Shown: positions 40,700-54,595, counted from the stretch's first letter. The stretch is DNA of 64,000 bases from Octopus vulgaris (GCA_951406725.2 OX597816.1:143778001-143842000); one strand, 5' to 3'. Notes: generated by a model not told the origin, from the letters alone. Numbers and translations are program-made.

Positions 40700-41214
40700 G
40701 TGACAAACGAGAAAGTCTTATGCTCATATGACCAATGCAACTGTTAAAATCACGTGGTTTACAACTTTCACTTTTACAGTTGGATTATTTGTACCTCGTT
40801 CTCGAGTTTACATGATTGTATTGTGGTGTTGAATTAAATACATACCCTCTATTGAAAAGCTGAAAAAAAATCTTATGAAACGAAACACAAAATAATCATA
40901 CCAAACAATAAACTGATACAGAGAAGTGATATTTTGGAACACAGTGTCGCTGTTAAGACAAGAGAAAAATTGGGTATTAATGGTCTGACAAGGAGTAAAA
41001 AGTTGTCAACTAACAAACATGGGAGTCGAACTCCCACCCTCATATAAAGCGTGATTTTTACATTTCAATAAGCTATCTTCCACGAAAAGATAGCTTAAAC
41101 TGTGCTCTAAATGGAGGTGTAGTTAAATCCTATTTTATGGACTCAACCATGTTCTAAAATAAGTCAAAAAGTAAGCTACTATAAATCGGCACGAACTTTC
41201 CAGACAACCCAATA
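40700..41214 (-). mobile_element. Mariner-like 5' remnant (left boundary approximate)
   Basis: Ends AATCGGCACGAACTTTCCAGACAACCCAA|TA; same terminus as 28822. Confidence 0.55.
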
Positions 41215-42078
41215 TTTAGTGTTTAATATCGGAGGAAGTGTTGTCAGCGGGCAGTTTAGCTTAATGGTAAAATATTCAACATACACTCGTCACGAATAAG
41301 ATAAGACCGCCTAATTCAAACGGTTAAACTACGTGACTGGTGATGTGGCGATAAAGTTTGTATAAACAATAGTCGTCCGCTGTTAAAGAGGGGCTACAAG
41401 AAGCCAATAATATTTCATATCCTCTCTATAAAAATTAACTTAGAAATTTATTGTTCCAAACAAAATGCAAGAGTTTTCTTAACGAAATTCGAAAACTTTA
41501 ATACGTAATACTAAACTAGAACATAGTCGTACTTTTTAAATTACATCTAAGTGAAAAGCTGCTTCACACACTTTGTATACATATGTGTATGTATGTATGT
41601 ATGTATGTATGTATGTATGTATGTATGTATGCAAGTATAAATACATACACACACACACTCGTATGTTTTTTATGTGTGTGTACAGGTGTGTGTACGCGTG
41701 CATATGTCTGTACGTGCATGTATGAACGTTCGTTTTTCATGTGAGACGAGGAAGAAATAAATGGAGATGTGTGGTGTTGGCGAAGTATTTCCTTTTTAGT
41801 ATATGAAATTATGAAACCTAATACATACATACATACATACATACATACATACATACATACATACATACATACATACATACATACATACATACATACATAC
41901 ATACATACATAGATAAGGTATGTATGTGTGTGTTTTGGTTTACGTTCTGATCAAGACCATCGCTCTCATTTCTCTGCTGATACAGGAAAATGAAGACTTC
42001 ATTTAATTGACCGCCTATTCAAACCACAATATCAACAACAAAAAAAACCCACTTCTAATAATGATTATACTAATGATG

Positions 42079-42736
42079 GTGATGAAATCTATCTAATCCG
42101 GCTTCTTACGATATCTTGCACTCAATAACCTATCAGTAATAATGATTTGTAACTTCGGTAGGAGGTGACACATAGAATAGGAAAAGGTTGGACTGGAATT
42201 ACAGATAATTAGGTTGACTCTAGTGTTTGATTTTTGCTTAGTTTATGAACCCGGATTATATGAAGATGTGGCGAAGAAACAAACCGAGAGGCTAAACTTG
42301 AAGTTCGACTAGAATTCATGTTCGCAATAATTGAAACCTATTTAACAATTATTTGAAATGTCTAATACGCAATTTTTGAGCCTTTAGTGAAAATAGATAA
42401 ACAAACACACGACGGATAAAATATGTATTGGACAAAATAAAAATATTCAGTGGATCTTTAAGTTATGGGAAGAAATGGGAACATGTTGGACTAATGTAGT
42501 CTTAGACATATAGTAACTGTTTCAGGTGGAGTGGATACCATCGACTCCAGCACTTGGCTGGTACTTTATTTTCATTGACCCTAGAGGGAGGAAAGGCAAA
42601 GTTGGCTTTGGCGGAATTTGAGGGATTTGAAGGCAGACCGTAAGTACGCAGAAACGTTAGCACGCCGGGCGTAATGCGTAGCCGTATTTCGTCTGACGTT
42701 ACGTTCTGAGTTCAAATTTCGCCGAGGTCGAATTTG
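42079..42736 (+). repeat. Left arm of a ~655-bp inverted duplication (partner 49562-50214)
   Basis: Unique flank and the nested-SINE junction both recur in reverse complement. Confidence 0.9.
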
Positions 42737-43050
42737 CCTTTCATCCTTTCGGGGTCGATTAAATAAGTACCAGTTACGCACTGGGATCGATATAATCGAC
42801 TTAATCCATTTGTCTGTTCTTGTTTGTCCTCTCTGTGTTTAGCCCCTAGTGGGTAGTAAAGAAATAGGTATTTCGTCTGTCTTTATGTTCTGAGTTCAAA
42901 TTCCGCCGAGGTCGACTTTGCCTTTCATCCTTTCGGGGTCGATTAATTAAGTAGCAGTTACGCACTGGAGTCGATATAATTGACTTATTCCCTTTGTCTG
43001 TCCTTATTTGTTCCCTCTATGTTTAGCGCCTTGTGGGCAATAAAGAAACA
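42645..43050 (+). mobile_element. SINE family A dimer with a 10-bp TSD, nested in an older antisense SINE
   Basis: AGACCGTAAG at 42635-42644 and 43051-43060; two body units joined at AAGAAATAGGTATTTCGTCTG. Confidence 0.88.
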
Positions 43051-43274
43051 AGACCGTAAGGAGCCGGTATAAATACTGACAAACATTTTGTCCGACTCCC
43101 TAACAATTCTGCCAGCCTCCCAAGTAATATTACATAGTAACATTACTATTGTTGCTATCTTTACTTCCTGAAATTAAACTCTAAAAATAGTCATTCCAGA
43201 TAATAACAAAATTAATATCTTAGCAAATTAATTCTTCAAGAATTTTTTTTCTGGTGAATTGTTTGCCTTTGTAT

Positions 43275-43314
<40 letters not shown>

Positions 43315-43656
43315 GTGTGTGTGTGTATACACACACACATATATGGATACGCTAGGTTATTTGTTTCGTGAAAATATAAAGGTCAGTTTAGGCCAATTCG
43401 ATGTTTTTGTTCTATACCGATTGCAGATTGCACGATTGTTTTGTCTGTCATTATCAGTTTATAACATTATTTTATTCATTTACTTATTTTTGTATATCTT
43501 TTCTTTCTCATTCATTGTAAGTCACTTTATTGCTTATATAAGAAGAGTTGTACATTATATCTCAGTTCCTCACGGAGACGAATAGCACATTACAACTACC
43601 AAAATGTATTCTACTAGAAACGGAGATTTAAAAATAAACGAGATACCTTTTGATAA

Positions 43657-43764
43657 GTCACCTGATGAAGCACGTCCACACCTACGATGCATCACAACTG
43701 TTTGTAAAGCAACACAGCCACGAGGCACCGTTGTATGATGGATGGGTCGAAACGACTGTAGTAA
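43657..43764 (+). ncRNA. Hammerhead motif with an ~80-nt extended stem II
   Basis: AC-CUGAUGA-A-G..GUCCA..UACGAUG...CGUUGUA..UGGAU..C-GAAAC-GACU-GUA-GU, followed by AATAAA. Confidence 0.55.
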
Positions 43765-43829
43765 ATAATAAAGACTCGCACGAATTCTATTTTCTTTCTC
43801 GTGTTATTATATCGTATATCGTTATCTCT

Positions 43830-44185
43830 CTTTTACTCTTTACTTGTTTCAGTCATTTGACTGCGGTCATGCTGGAGCACCGCCTTTAGTCGAGCAAATC
43901 GACCCCGGGACTTATTCTTTGGAAGCCTAGTACTTATTCTATCGGTCTTTTTTGCCGAACCGCTAAGTGACGGGGACGTAAACACACCACCATCGGTTGT
44001 CAAACAATGCTAGGGGGACAAATACAGACACACAAACACACACACACACATATATACACATATATACGACAGGCTTCTTTCAGTTTCCGTCGGCCCGGGG
44101 CTATAGCAGAAGACACTTGCCCAAGATGCCACGCAGTGGGACTGAACCCGGAACCATGTGGTTGGTTAGCAAGCTACTTACCACA
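43830..44185 (-). mobile_element. SINE family B
   Basis: Reverse complement of the B consensus with a small internal deletion. Confidence 0.85.
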
Positions 44186-44297
44186 TCTATCTTTTACTTG
44201 TTTCTCTCATTTCACTGCGGCCATATCTTGAAGGGATTTAGTCAAAGAAATATACCCAGGTTCTTACTTTTTTAAAGCCTGGTTCTTATTCTATCAT

Positions 44298-44350
<53 letters not shown>

Positions 44351-44544
44351 ACTTACACGCATACTCTCTCATATACACTCACATAAATCATATTTATTAT
44401 TCCATTTCAATAAATCTTTAATTTTGTTTCTGCTCTATATAAATGTCATCACAAAGGTATATCCATCGTCTTTCAGGATTTCAATTTGCACTGTAACTTT
44501 CAGAAACAACTCAGCGTGTAAGCCGAGGGACAATTATTTGTGTA

Positions 44545-44670
44545 TGTTATATATATATATATATATATGTATATATTCACATATACTCACATACACACGT
44601 AGGCACACACACACACATATATGCATATATTTATATATATACACATACATATATATATATACATGATATA

Positions 44671-44720
<50 letters not shown>

Positions 44721-44793
44721 CATATATATGTATATAGATATATATTTATACATATATTTATATATATCTATATATTTACATATACATATGTAT

Positions 44794-44869
<76 letters not shown>

Positions 44870-44888
44870 TATATACAAATACATATAT

Positions 44889-44960
<72 letters not shown>

Positions 44961-45056
44961 ATATATATATCTCCTTCTTCCATTTTCCTGAGCGCCTAAT
45001 AATAATAATACTGTAATTGTTCCACGTGTTGTTGTTTTTCTGTTTTCCCGTTTGGA

Positions 45057-45135
<79 letters not shown>
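44545..45135. repeat. Compound (TA)n/(TC)n/(CA)n microsatellite field, representative of dozens across the window
   Basis: Visible directly; similar fields at 3135-3320, 5987-6200, 8348-8545, 10279-10425, 41585-41910 and 57420-57610. Confidence 0.95.
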
Positions 45136-45136
<1 letters not shown>

Positions 45137-45768
45137 CTACATTTTGATGTTCCCACGCACGTAAACAAACTTTGGGGTCATACGTATTATATGAAGTGCA
45201 AATAAATTATAAATACTCAAGTTCTCCTTTCGATATCATTCAATGTCCATCCTAGGTGTTTCTGCTGTGTTTGAATCGGTGAAGTAGCAGATAGGCGAAG
45301 AAATCAGGAAACGAACTGCCTCACCTTCCCCAGTAAATGATAAAAAGCATGTCAGTGTTTTTAATATCCCTATTCCTTTATGCCCGTTTTTTGCTTGTTT
45401 TTATTAAGTAAATTCCGTTACCGCTGTTGAGTTATCATTTCGTAATACGCTGGATTTCTGCATCGTAAGTTACGGAGTTCATTCAGTGCAGAATATTCGA
45501 CAGCACGAACAGGAAAAGCAAATTGTTCAGTGAAAATCTCTTCTTCCTATATGACGATGGGAGTGGATTATATGATGACTATGATGTAGGACATGATAAG
45601 GTAGGGTGTTGTTATTTGGCACCCTTCAGGCTAATACAGAAGTGATCTTTATTATAATCGATCCATTCCTCCATCCTCACCAAAAATATGCTAATGTTAG
45701 AAATTCTTCTTCTTCTTCTTCTTCTTCTTCTTCTTCTTCTTCTTCTTCTTCTTCTTCTTCTTCTTCTT

Positions 45769-45830
<62 letters not shown>

Positions 45831-45863
45831 CATCATCATTATTATTACTATTAATATTATCAA

Positions 45864-46068
45864 AGGCAACGAGCTGGCAAAATCGTTAACGCGCCGGGCG
45901 AAATGCTTCGCGGTATTTCGCCCGTCGTTACGTTCTGAGTTCTAATTCCGGTGAGGGCGACTTTGCCTTTTATCCTTTTGGGATCGATAAAATAAGTACC
46001 AGTTGAACACTGGGGTTGGTATAATCGAATCATTCCCTCCACCAAAATGGCAGCCCTCGTGACAAAAT

Positions 46069-46115
<47 letters not shown>

Positions 46116-46223
46116 TTATTATTATTATTATTATTTCTTCTTTCTTCAAATTTTCTTCCGTTTCTCGCCGAGTGTTTTCCGTACACCTAGGGTAGAGAAG
46201 CTCATTGCCCCAGGTGTACGGCA

Positions 46224-46312
<89 letters not shown>

Positions 46313-46530
46313 CATCATCATCAAAGCTGACGAATTGGCAGAATCGTTAGCACGCCAGACAAAATGCTTAGTAGAATTTCTCCCTCTTTATATTCTTAGC
46401 TAAAATTCTGCCGAAGTCGATTTTGCCTTACGTCCTTTCGGTGTCGATAAAATAAGTACTAGTTCAACGATGATGTCGATGTAATCGACTTGCCTCCTCT
46501 CCCAAATTTCAAGCCTTAGAAAGGATTATT
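45864..46530 (+). mobile_element. Two SINE family A copies (45864-46068, 46325-46530) among trinucleotide arrays
   Basis: A/B-box heads and family A bodies. Confidence 0.75.
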
Positions 46531-46599
46531 ATTGTTGCTGTTGTTGGTGGTGATGGTGGTAGTTTTATTGTTTTGTGTTGGACGTGCTTCACCTTGGCT

Positions 46600-47537
46600 C
46601 GTTAAAAAGGTGAGTTGCTTTTGTTGGAAATATTTTGTTTAGTTTAAATGTTTTCTGGACACTGTTATATAAGGACTCCTACTTCACGGTAAAGAAGGGG
46701 ACAATAATTGTGGCTTCTGAGGGTTGCTTCTCTTACAGAAAAAATCATATTTTCACTTCATTTCACTTCATAGCTGATCAGAATGGGATGTTTGCTCTTT
46801 CGATTTCTGTGGGGAGGACGTGTTCTACTGGTCAGGCGATCCATTTGTGGTTAATATCTGCTGTACAGAGGACTAGGCATTCTGTCGTTGATGAAGCGTA
46901 GACATGGGATGAGGATACATCTTCAGTGTTTTCTTGAGGGTGAGTAAGTATTGTCGCCGTTTGTTGGACATGCTTTTACGCAGATCGTATCTTTCAACCG
47001 CAGCCCAAAATCAAAACCGAGAAAGAGCGCCTGATACACAGAGTGCCGTTAGGCGCTCACAACCTTCTGCAAATCTAGCAATGCTATCAGTAAAAGTTCG
47101 ACCATGGTATTCTAGAGAAAATTAGAGCGCTGAAGTTATCGGGGAAACTCTGGGCATCGATGAAAATCAACTGCTTAGACTGCTCCAGATGACTTTCCGG
47201 CTAGAATCCATGGATAATTTCCAGAAGTCTCTGGCTTGGCTGTGGTATCAGGATAGAGGCATATCGATTCGGTACAAACTCCACAGATATGGTTATGGCG
47301 CCAGCCGTGGCTGCTTGAAATGAGCACAGAGCGATGAAACTGCCTTGCACACAGTCACACACCGCTTGATCATTGCTGACTTGAATTATGTCGAACAGTT
47401 TTTAGCACGTGTAAGACAGATCCGACTATCAGCCGACTCCATCTTGGAAGTCGTCCCGCTTCTTTCCTTTGGCCGGAAAGGCAGGCAGTTTTTCTCCGTC
47501 TAGTGGTTTTGGCGAAAGTGGTTGTGTAGTGGACTGA
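46600..47537 (-). mobile_element. Possible L1/Tx1-like LINE 5' region (decayed ORF1)
   Basis: GC-richer island; minus strand gives a degenerate knuckle NYCPLLYREVGVLI*QCPE; weak signal. Confidence 0.3.
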
Positions 47538-47996
47538 AGACACACACACACTTTCTTTTCAGCCAAGCCCTTATTGACTTTAAAATTACTATTATAAAAC
47601 TATTACTTAAACGCGTATGTTTAGAGTTCTTTTCTTGTACATGTACACACATACTAGAGCACACACACAAGCACACATGCATACACACATATACATCTCA
47701 CGCATGTGTTTAAGTGTGCGTGTACGTACATATGTGTGCATGTACGCACACAAGTGTGCATGTACCTATGGTTTTCTTTGAGATATAAATTGCTCTCCTA
47801 AGCATTGAAGCTACTCACTGATATTGTCATCTTCTTTTCATTGCTATATGTGACGTATGCATGTTACTGTTTGCTTCTTCCATCTATTCGTCTAACACAG
47901 ATCCTGACTGTGTCATTGTTGGTGTGTAGATGTTACTACTAGTGCTTAAAATCTTCCTAATCTTGACATTCATGTTTCAGATCTCTAAAAATGCCC

Positions 47997-48544
47997 AGGC
48001 GTAGGAGTGGCTGTGTGGTAAGTAGCTTGCTTACGAACCACATGGTTCTGGGTTCAGTCCCACTGCGTGGCACCTCGGGCAAGTGTCTTCTACTATACCC
48101 TCGGGCCGACCAAAGCTTTGTGAGTGGATTTGGTAGACGGAAACTGAAAGAAGCCCGTCGTATATATGTATATGTATGTATGTATATATATATATATATA
48201 AAGGGTAAAGACCCCCTTCGGTCATGAGTGACCATGGGTTTGCACCTAGAGAGTTACCCTCTGAGGCACAAGTCTGGGCAAGGTTGGTTTTTTTATGGAA
48301 GACCAGTAGTCGCCCATGCATACCGGCCTCCCCTCTCCACGCCACCAATGTTATCCAAGGGAAAGACAAAGGTCGATACAGCTTGGCACCTGTGACGTCG
48401 CAACTCATTTCTACAGCTGAGTGAACTGGAGCAACGTGAAATAAAGTGTCTTGCTCAAGAACACAACACGCAGCCCGGTCCGGGATTCGAGCTCACAACC
48501 TCACGATCGTAAGCTCGACGCTCTAACCACTGAGCCATGCGCCT

Positions 48545-48622
<78 letters not shown>

Positions 48623-48862
48623 TGTATGTATGTATGTATGTGTATGTATGTGTTTGTGTGTCTGTGTTTGTGCCACCAACATCGCTTGACAACCGATGAT
48701 GGTGTGTTTACGTCCCCGTAACTTAGCGGTTCGACAAAAGAGACCGATATAATAAGTACTAGGCTTACAAAGAATAAGTCCTGGGGTCGATTTGCTCGAC
48801 TAGAGGCGGTGCTCCAGCATGGCCGCAGTCAAATGACTGAAACAAGTAAAAGAGTAAAAGAG
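47997..48862 (+). mobile_element. SINE family B with a nested SINE C in its internal (TA)n
   Basis: B head 47997-48160, B tail 48650-48862. Confidence 0.88.
48201..48548 (-). mobile_element. tRNA-derived SINE family C
   Basis: Minus head GGCGCATGGCTCAGTGGTTAGAGCG...GAGCTCGAATCCC, then GTGTTGTGTTCTTGAGCAAGACACTT central domain; second copy at 57878-58215. Confidence 0.88.
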
Positions 48863-49561
48863 TCTAGTTCTCCAAATGTTGGTACAAGCGTGAGGGACTT
48901 GTACTTAAAAATGTTGTGGGATATACTCTTTTTGAATGCGGGTTGGTCTAACTTCCATATTTTCCAAAAACTACTGAAATATTCTTTATCATTCTGGTTT
49001 AACTCTCAGCACTAATGTATTTAACATTTCATTGGGAGATACCAGTATTTGTCATCGGAAATTGATTGATTGTTGAAGTATCATACATTATTTTTAGCGG
49101 CGTCGATGCATTCTATTTCTAGTGGTATGCTTTCGTATGACTGTCAAGCCAATTATTCCAGAGGATATCCTCAAACATAGTTTGGGTATATCTGTCACGT
49201 TGGTATGACATAGATATTTTCTGCCTTACTTGGGGGGTTGGAGATATCTTTATTTCTCTTAAATGATGAAAATGTCTTTCTGGTTGGGATATTATGTATT
49301 TATGCATGCTCGTAGGGAAGGCAGTGTTTCTGAAGAGATCTAACTTCTAGTAGATATAACAAATATCAATCCAAGCCCTTTATGGCTTGTCCAAATTGTG
49401 GTGGTAAATAGATCAGCAGTGGCTTAAAAATCGTTAAATATATCTAAACCAATGAGTTCTTATCAATACGCTTAAACCTATATCTAATAGCCAGACCCAA
49501 ACGTAGTGCTTCTCGAATGTGTTCTGTTTCGTAAATCAGCATGAATTTGTAAACCACTTTA

Positions 49562-50214
49562 CAAATTCGACCTCGGTGGAATTTGAACTCAGAACGTAAC
49601 GTCAGACGAAATACGGCTACGCATTTCGCCCGGCGTGCTAACGTTTCTGCGTGCTTACGGTCTGTCTTCAAATCCCTCAAATCCCGCCAAAGCCAACTTT
49701 GCCTTTCCTCCCTCTAGGGTCAATGAAAATAAAGTACCAGCCAAGTGCTAGAGTCGATGGTATCCACTCCACCTGAAACAGTTACTATATGTCTAAGACT
49801 ACATTAGTCCAACATCTTCCCATTTCTTCCCATAACTTAAAGATCCACTGAATATTTTTATTTTGCCCAATACATATTTTATCTGTCGTGTGTTTATCTA
49901 TTTTCACTAAAGGCTCAAAAATTGTGTATTAGATATTTCAAATAACATGTTAAATAGGTTTCAATTATTGTGAACATGAATTCTAGTCGAACTTCAAGTT
50001 TAGCCTTTCGGTTTGTTTCTTCGCCACATCTTCATATAATCCGGGTTCATAAACTAAGCAAAAATCAAACACTAGAGACAACCTAATTATCTGTCATTCC
50101 AGTCCAATCCTTTCCTCTTCTATGTGTCACCTCCTACCGAAGTTACAAATCATTATTACTGACAGGTTATTGAGTGCAAGATATCATAAAAAGCCGAATT
50201 AGATATATTTCATC
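49562..50214 (-). repeat. Right arm of the inverted duplication of 42079-42736
   Basis: Reverse-complement match with scattered substitutions. Confidence 0.9.
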
Positions 50215-50504
50215 AACAGTTAGAACGGAAAATTTAAAGGGGATATTGCAAGACACATACTGAGGGCGATCTAATCGACTGGCCGCCTCCCAAAAAATTT
50301 CGGGCCTTGTGCCTAGAGTAGAAAAGAATATTTCTGCTTAAAAATGTTAGCACGCCGGGTGTCAGAAATGTTAGAGAAGAGGATGAAATGTGTAGTGCTG
50401 TTTAGGAACAACATTCTACATATTAGTTTAAATCCTAACATTTTGCTTTCTGCTTACAGGGTAAATAACTATCAGTCCAAATTCTCGTATCAGTTTAATT
50501 AATA

Positions 50505-50720
50505 AGGCGGCGAGCTGGCAGAAACGTTAGCACGCCGGGCGAAATGTTTAGTGGTATATCGTGTGTCTTTACTTTCTGAGTTCAAATTCCGCCGAGATCA
50601 ACTTTGCCTTTCATCCTTTTGGGGTCTATAAATTAAGTAACAATTGCGTACTGGAGTCGATCTAATCGAATGGCCCCTCCCCCAAAATTTCGGGCCTTGT
50701 GCTTAGAGTAGAAAAGAATA
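50505..50720 (+). mobile_element. SINE family A
   Basis: Full copy; its tail plus 3' flank is duplicated at 50268-50341. Confidence 0.85.
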
Positions 50721-51569
50721 TTTCTGCTTAATACACCAATGAGGAAGTTGCTATGCGGTTCCCCGAACTACTAGAAATAGCAGTCAAATCGTTTCCAAGT
50801 TTCACCGTATCCACTTAAAGAAAGGAAGGAAACTGTATGATATATTGTGTGGCTTAGGAATAGGATGTTGGATTCATGATCGTAAGGTCGTTGGTTCAAT
50901 TTCCAGCTCGGATGGTATGTTGTGTCCTTAAACAGTGCACTTTATTTCATGTGGTTCAAGTCTCTTCCGCTGAAAATGAGTGTCAGCATCTGTTGAATTA
51001 GCATCCCTTTTGAAATGGAGAAAATCTTGTAGTCAGTCGCTTAACAACTCAAAAATTCGGATGCACTTCGATATAGTGAGACAGTTGCATCAAGATAAAG
51101 TCTTCCTTTGAAGACAACAAATCAATACTGAATAATAGATTGGAATGCCAGCACGATCAGGACTAATAAAAAATTAAGCTACAACAGAATTTATTTATTC
51201 TTACAGTAGGATTTCTTTCAGGATTAAATCTTCATCTCCTAATTGTCGCATCTTGGTAGTGTTACTCAAGTTATTTCCGAGAGTTATTTATCTCAACATT
51301 TTGAAGATCTGATAACTCTACAATATATAAGATATGTTCTACGTAATTGATGAACCTTCTTATTTTAGTCGTTAGAAGACCTACGAAAATGATGAGCTTA
51401 GCACCTTCTTCTGACAAAGTCATAAAAAGAAACGAAAATAGAAGCCTTACTGTTTTTAAAAAGCAAACCAATTGTTTAAGTCCTAAATTATTAAACAAAT
51501 AACGCAGGATTTTCACGTCTAGGAACTACAGATTGAAGACTGCACAGTGTTTGTAATTTTGGTTTTCCC

Positions 51570-52500
51570 TTGACTCTGCCAACTACCGATATTGTCTATG
51601 ACCAATCGCCGTCACTTCCAAAGTTTCAACGATGATGGAAACTACTGGAAGAAACTTTGAGTCTCTGTTCAGTGACAACTATCAGTTTCTGTAGTCTTCA
51701 TTTTACAGAAAATTGCCACCCTACGTCACAGGTCTGTGGCATCAAGCCTTTGAGAAGTGCGACCAAAGAAATGTTATTGAATAACTCTTCGTTAAAAAGT
51801 TCTCGGTCGTGTCTGTATGAGGACATCTTTCTCAGATTAGCCGACTCTCCTCCTTTGATTCTCCATTGCAACTGGTGTTAAACATCTCTGTGTACTTCAA
51901 TACTTGTTTCTGTCTCCCTCACTCATCCAGATATGACCTAAAAACATCGGTCAGATATACAGTGCTTCTACAAACACTTGAAGATATTTTTGAATGGATT
52001 CTTGGAAAGCCTAGTCTCATTCAACAGCATAAATATGCAATTGATGCACACATCAAAAGACAAACTATATGTCACGTTCTCTTTTCAAGTGAACGAGACA
52101 ATTAAAACACACCAAAGCTGCTGTAAATACAAGCGTTCGCAGTTTTTGATCTTTTGTGACATTATTTATATAATTGCCCAAATTACATTACAAAATGGCG
52201 TTTCTCTTTAACCCCAGTATGTGCGCCAGCTGGTCAGTTGCTGAAGCTCTGCAAAGCTGAAGTGCAGCACTCATGGCAGTATTCCTTACGTATCTGAGAT
52301 ACGTTATCACCCATTGCATCCAATGTAGGGTCATTTGACTAATTGGCAAAGATACACTAACAGACGAAACAGTTTTAAAAACAGGCATTGCTTCTATGTG
52401 TCACTCTAACAGTGACTAGTCTTCTGAAGCAATAGGATACTTACCCACTCCTACCGTATACTCATCTCTCTCCCTCACATCATTCGTCCTATCTCAGCAC
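51570..52500 (+). mobile_element. Decayed L2/Crack-like LINE RT region
   Basis: Remnants PIAVTSKVSTMME, LFSDN, SLVSFNS and GQLLKLCKAEVQHSWQYS..IW-like in the expected RT order. Confidence 0.55.
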
Positions 52501-53289
52501 CCGATCCTGTCCTGCTCCTCTTTATTTCCCAGCATGAAAACCAGGAGGTATTCTAACTAAACACTAGTCTAACATCTACAGAGGTCATGGTCTTTGCTAC
52601 TCCTCTTTTCATTTGCTGAAAACAACACATAAAAAACCCTCATCTGATCAGTTGTCTTTGTTTCATAATTTTATTTAATCAACGCTGACCGGAATTAACA
52701 GCAGTACATATTATAAAATATACTACCATATCAACAAGAGAACAACAGCCACAATTATGATAAAAATAAGCAACAACGATATAAACAAAACGACAAATTT
52801 TAGCGGAAATAAATGTCATATCCTTGATGTCATATCTTTTAAATCACTAAACTGCGTTTTTCCTCTTAAAATTGTTTAAAAACGCTGTCGTTATATCCGA
52901 AATTTAATTGTTTTGTTTGGGATGTATTTGAATATGTCTAAAAAACACAAAACAGAATCATTGACACAGAAACTGACCTTATTTCAGACGTTTGACTTAA
53001 GGAGATACAAACCATACACTATAGTTTTTCACAGGAGGCTGTATACTCCAGGCTCTGATGGGGTGTTGGCGGGGGCCGTGGCAATTGAAGGGGTCGACAA
53101 ATTGCAACATTTAATAAAATAAAAATGCGTTTTGAACTTGCCCAAAATCACAGTGGAGAAAGTGGGAGCAAAAATTTAATATAACAGGCGTAACAGAAGT
53201 AAATAGAAACCCTTATAATCATTAAAATTTATTTAAATCTGAAATTATACATTCAAATTATTTATTAATTGCTATAATGAGACTATTTA

Positions 53290-54290
53290 ATATTTAGTAG
53301 ACATGCCCTTTGCATTTTTCAATACAAGGACTTTATTAGGCATGATAATGATCAGATCACGAATATTCTCTTGCAGAATTTCTTGCCTAGTTTCATGAAG
53401 TAATTTCAAAATTACCTGGCTCTGAAAATGCTTCATTGATCTTTTTATGAATTGTCCTGTCCATTATGTCCCAGAGGTGTTGGACAGGATTCACAGCTGG
53501 TGCCTGGCTTGGTCATGGAAGCTTTTTTACACCATTCTCATCCAACAAATCTTGGGTCGTTTTAGCCGTGTGACAAGGAGCCCCATCTTCCATAAGTAAA
53601 GAGTCTTCTTTAATCATTTAATCACTGGAGAAGATTGGAAGGAGTCCTTTCTGCAATATGGACACATACTTATCTTAGTTTATGTTTCCCTCACACTCCA
53701 CCAGCTCTGATCGACCATTGCTCCAAATTGCTCCCCAGGCCAACACAGGATAGCTGCTGTGTTTCATTGTTGGCTGCAATCTCTTTACATCAAATTCTTG
53801 ACCACTGAGTCTCCAGACCCACACTCGGCCCCTGTCAGGATATACAACAAATCTGGACTCGTCAGAGAATATGACAATGTCCCAAAATGCTTGTGGTCTC
53901 TCCACCATCTCACTGGCTCTTTCTTCACTTGATGTTGGCTGGTCGAAGAAATGACTTCCTTCTTGCTGATCTACCATAGTAACCAAGTTTGAGGAGATAC
54001 CCGACAGCTGTTCTGGGACTGAGATCAACTTGCCCTGCTATGTCAGAGACCTTGCAACGGAGATTATCCTCCACATTTCTCTAAGCATCCTGTCAGAGGG
54101 CTCTGGTTGATATGGGCGAAGTGATGCGGACTCTCGTCTCTGGTGAATTGCACAATCACTCTATTAACTGTAGGGAGCGGGATCCCTAAGTTTTCTGCGA
54201 CTTTACGTTAAGTCCACCTTCAGAATGTCCCATAAAACTGCCTCTTTAAAATACAGACAGTTCCAAGGCTTCTTTTGTACATGGCATGAT
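53290..54290 (-). mobile_element. Decayed Tc1 transposase
   Basis: WDIVIFSDESRF..GRVWVWR..LQPTMKH..VLAWGAI and, downstream, MEDGAPCHTAK..NPVQHLW. Confidence 0.85.
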
Positions 54291-54595
54291 TAAAACAGTT
54301 ACATATAGAACCTGAAACATAATGTCAATCAAAAAGTATAAACATTTACAAGTTAGAAACATATCTTTTATCTTTTACTTGTTGTAATCATTTGACTGCG
54401 GCCATGCTGGGGCACCCCTTGAAGGTTTTTAGTCGAACAAAGACTCCAGAACAGTTTTGTATGCCTGGTACTTATATTATCAGTCTCTTTTGCCGAGCCG
54501 CTAAGTTACGGGGACGTAAACACACCTATACCGGTTACCAAGCGTTGGCGGTGGACAAACATAGAAATACACATAGATATATACATATACATATT

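Noticed and set aside
48475-48548. tRNA-like sequence (also 58140-58215 and SINE A/B heads)
   Set aside because: Continues into SINE body and lacks a full cloverleaf; these are SINE heads, not tRNA genes.
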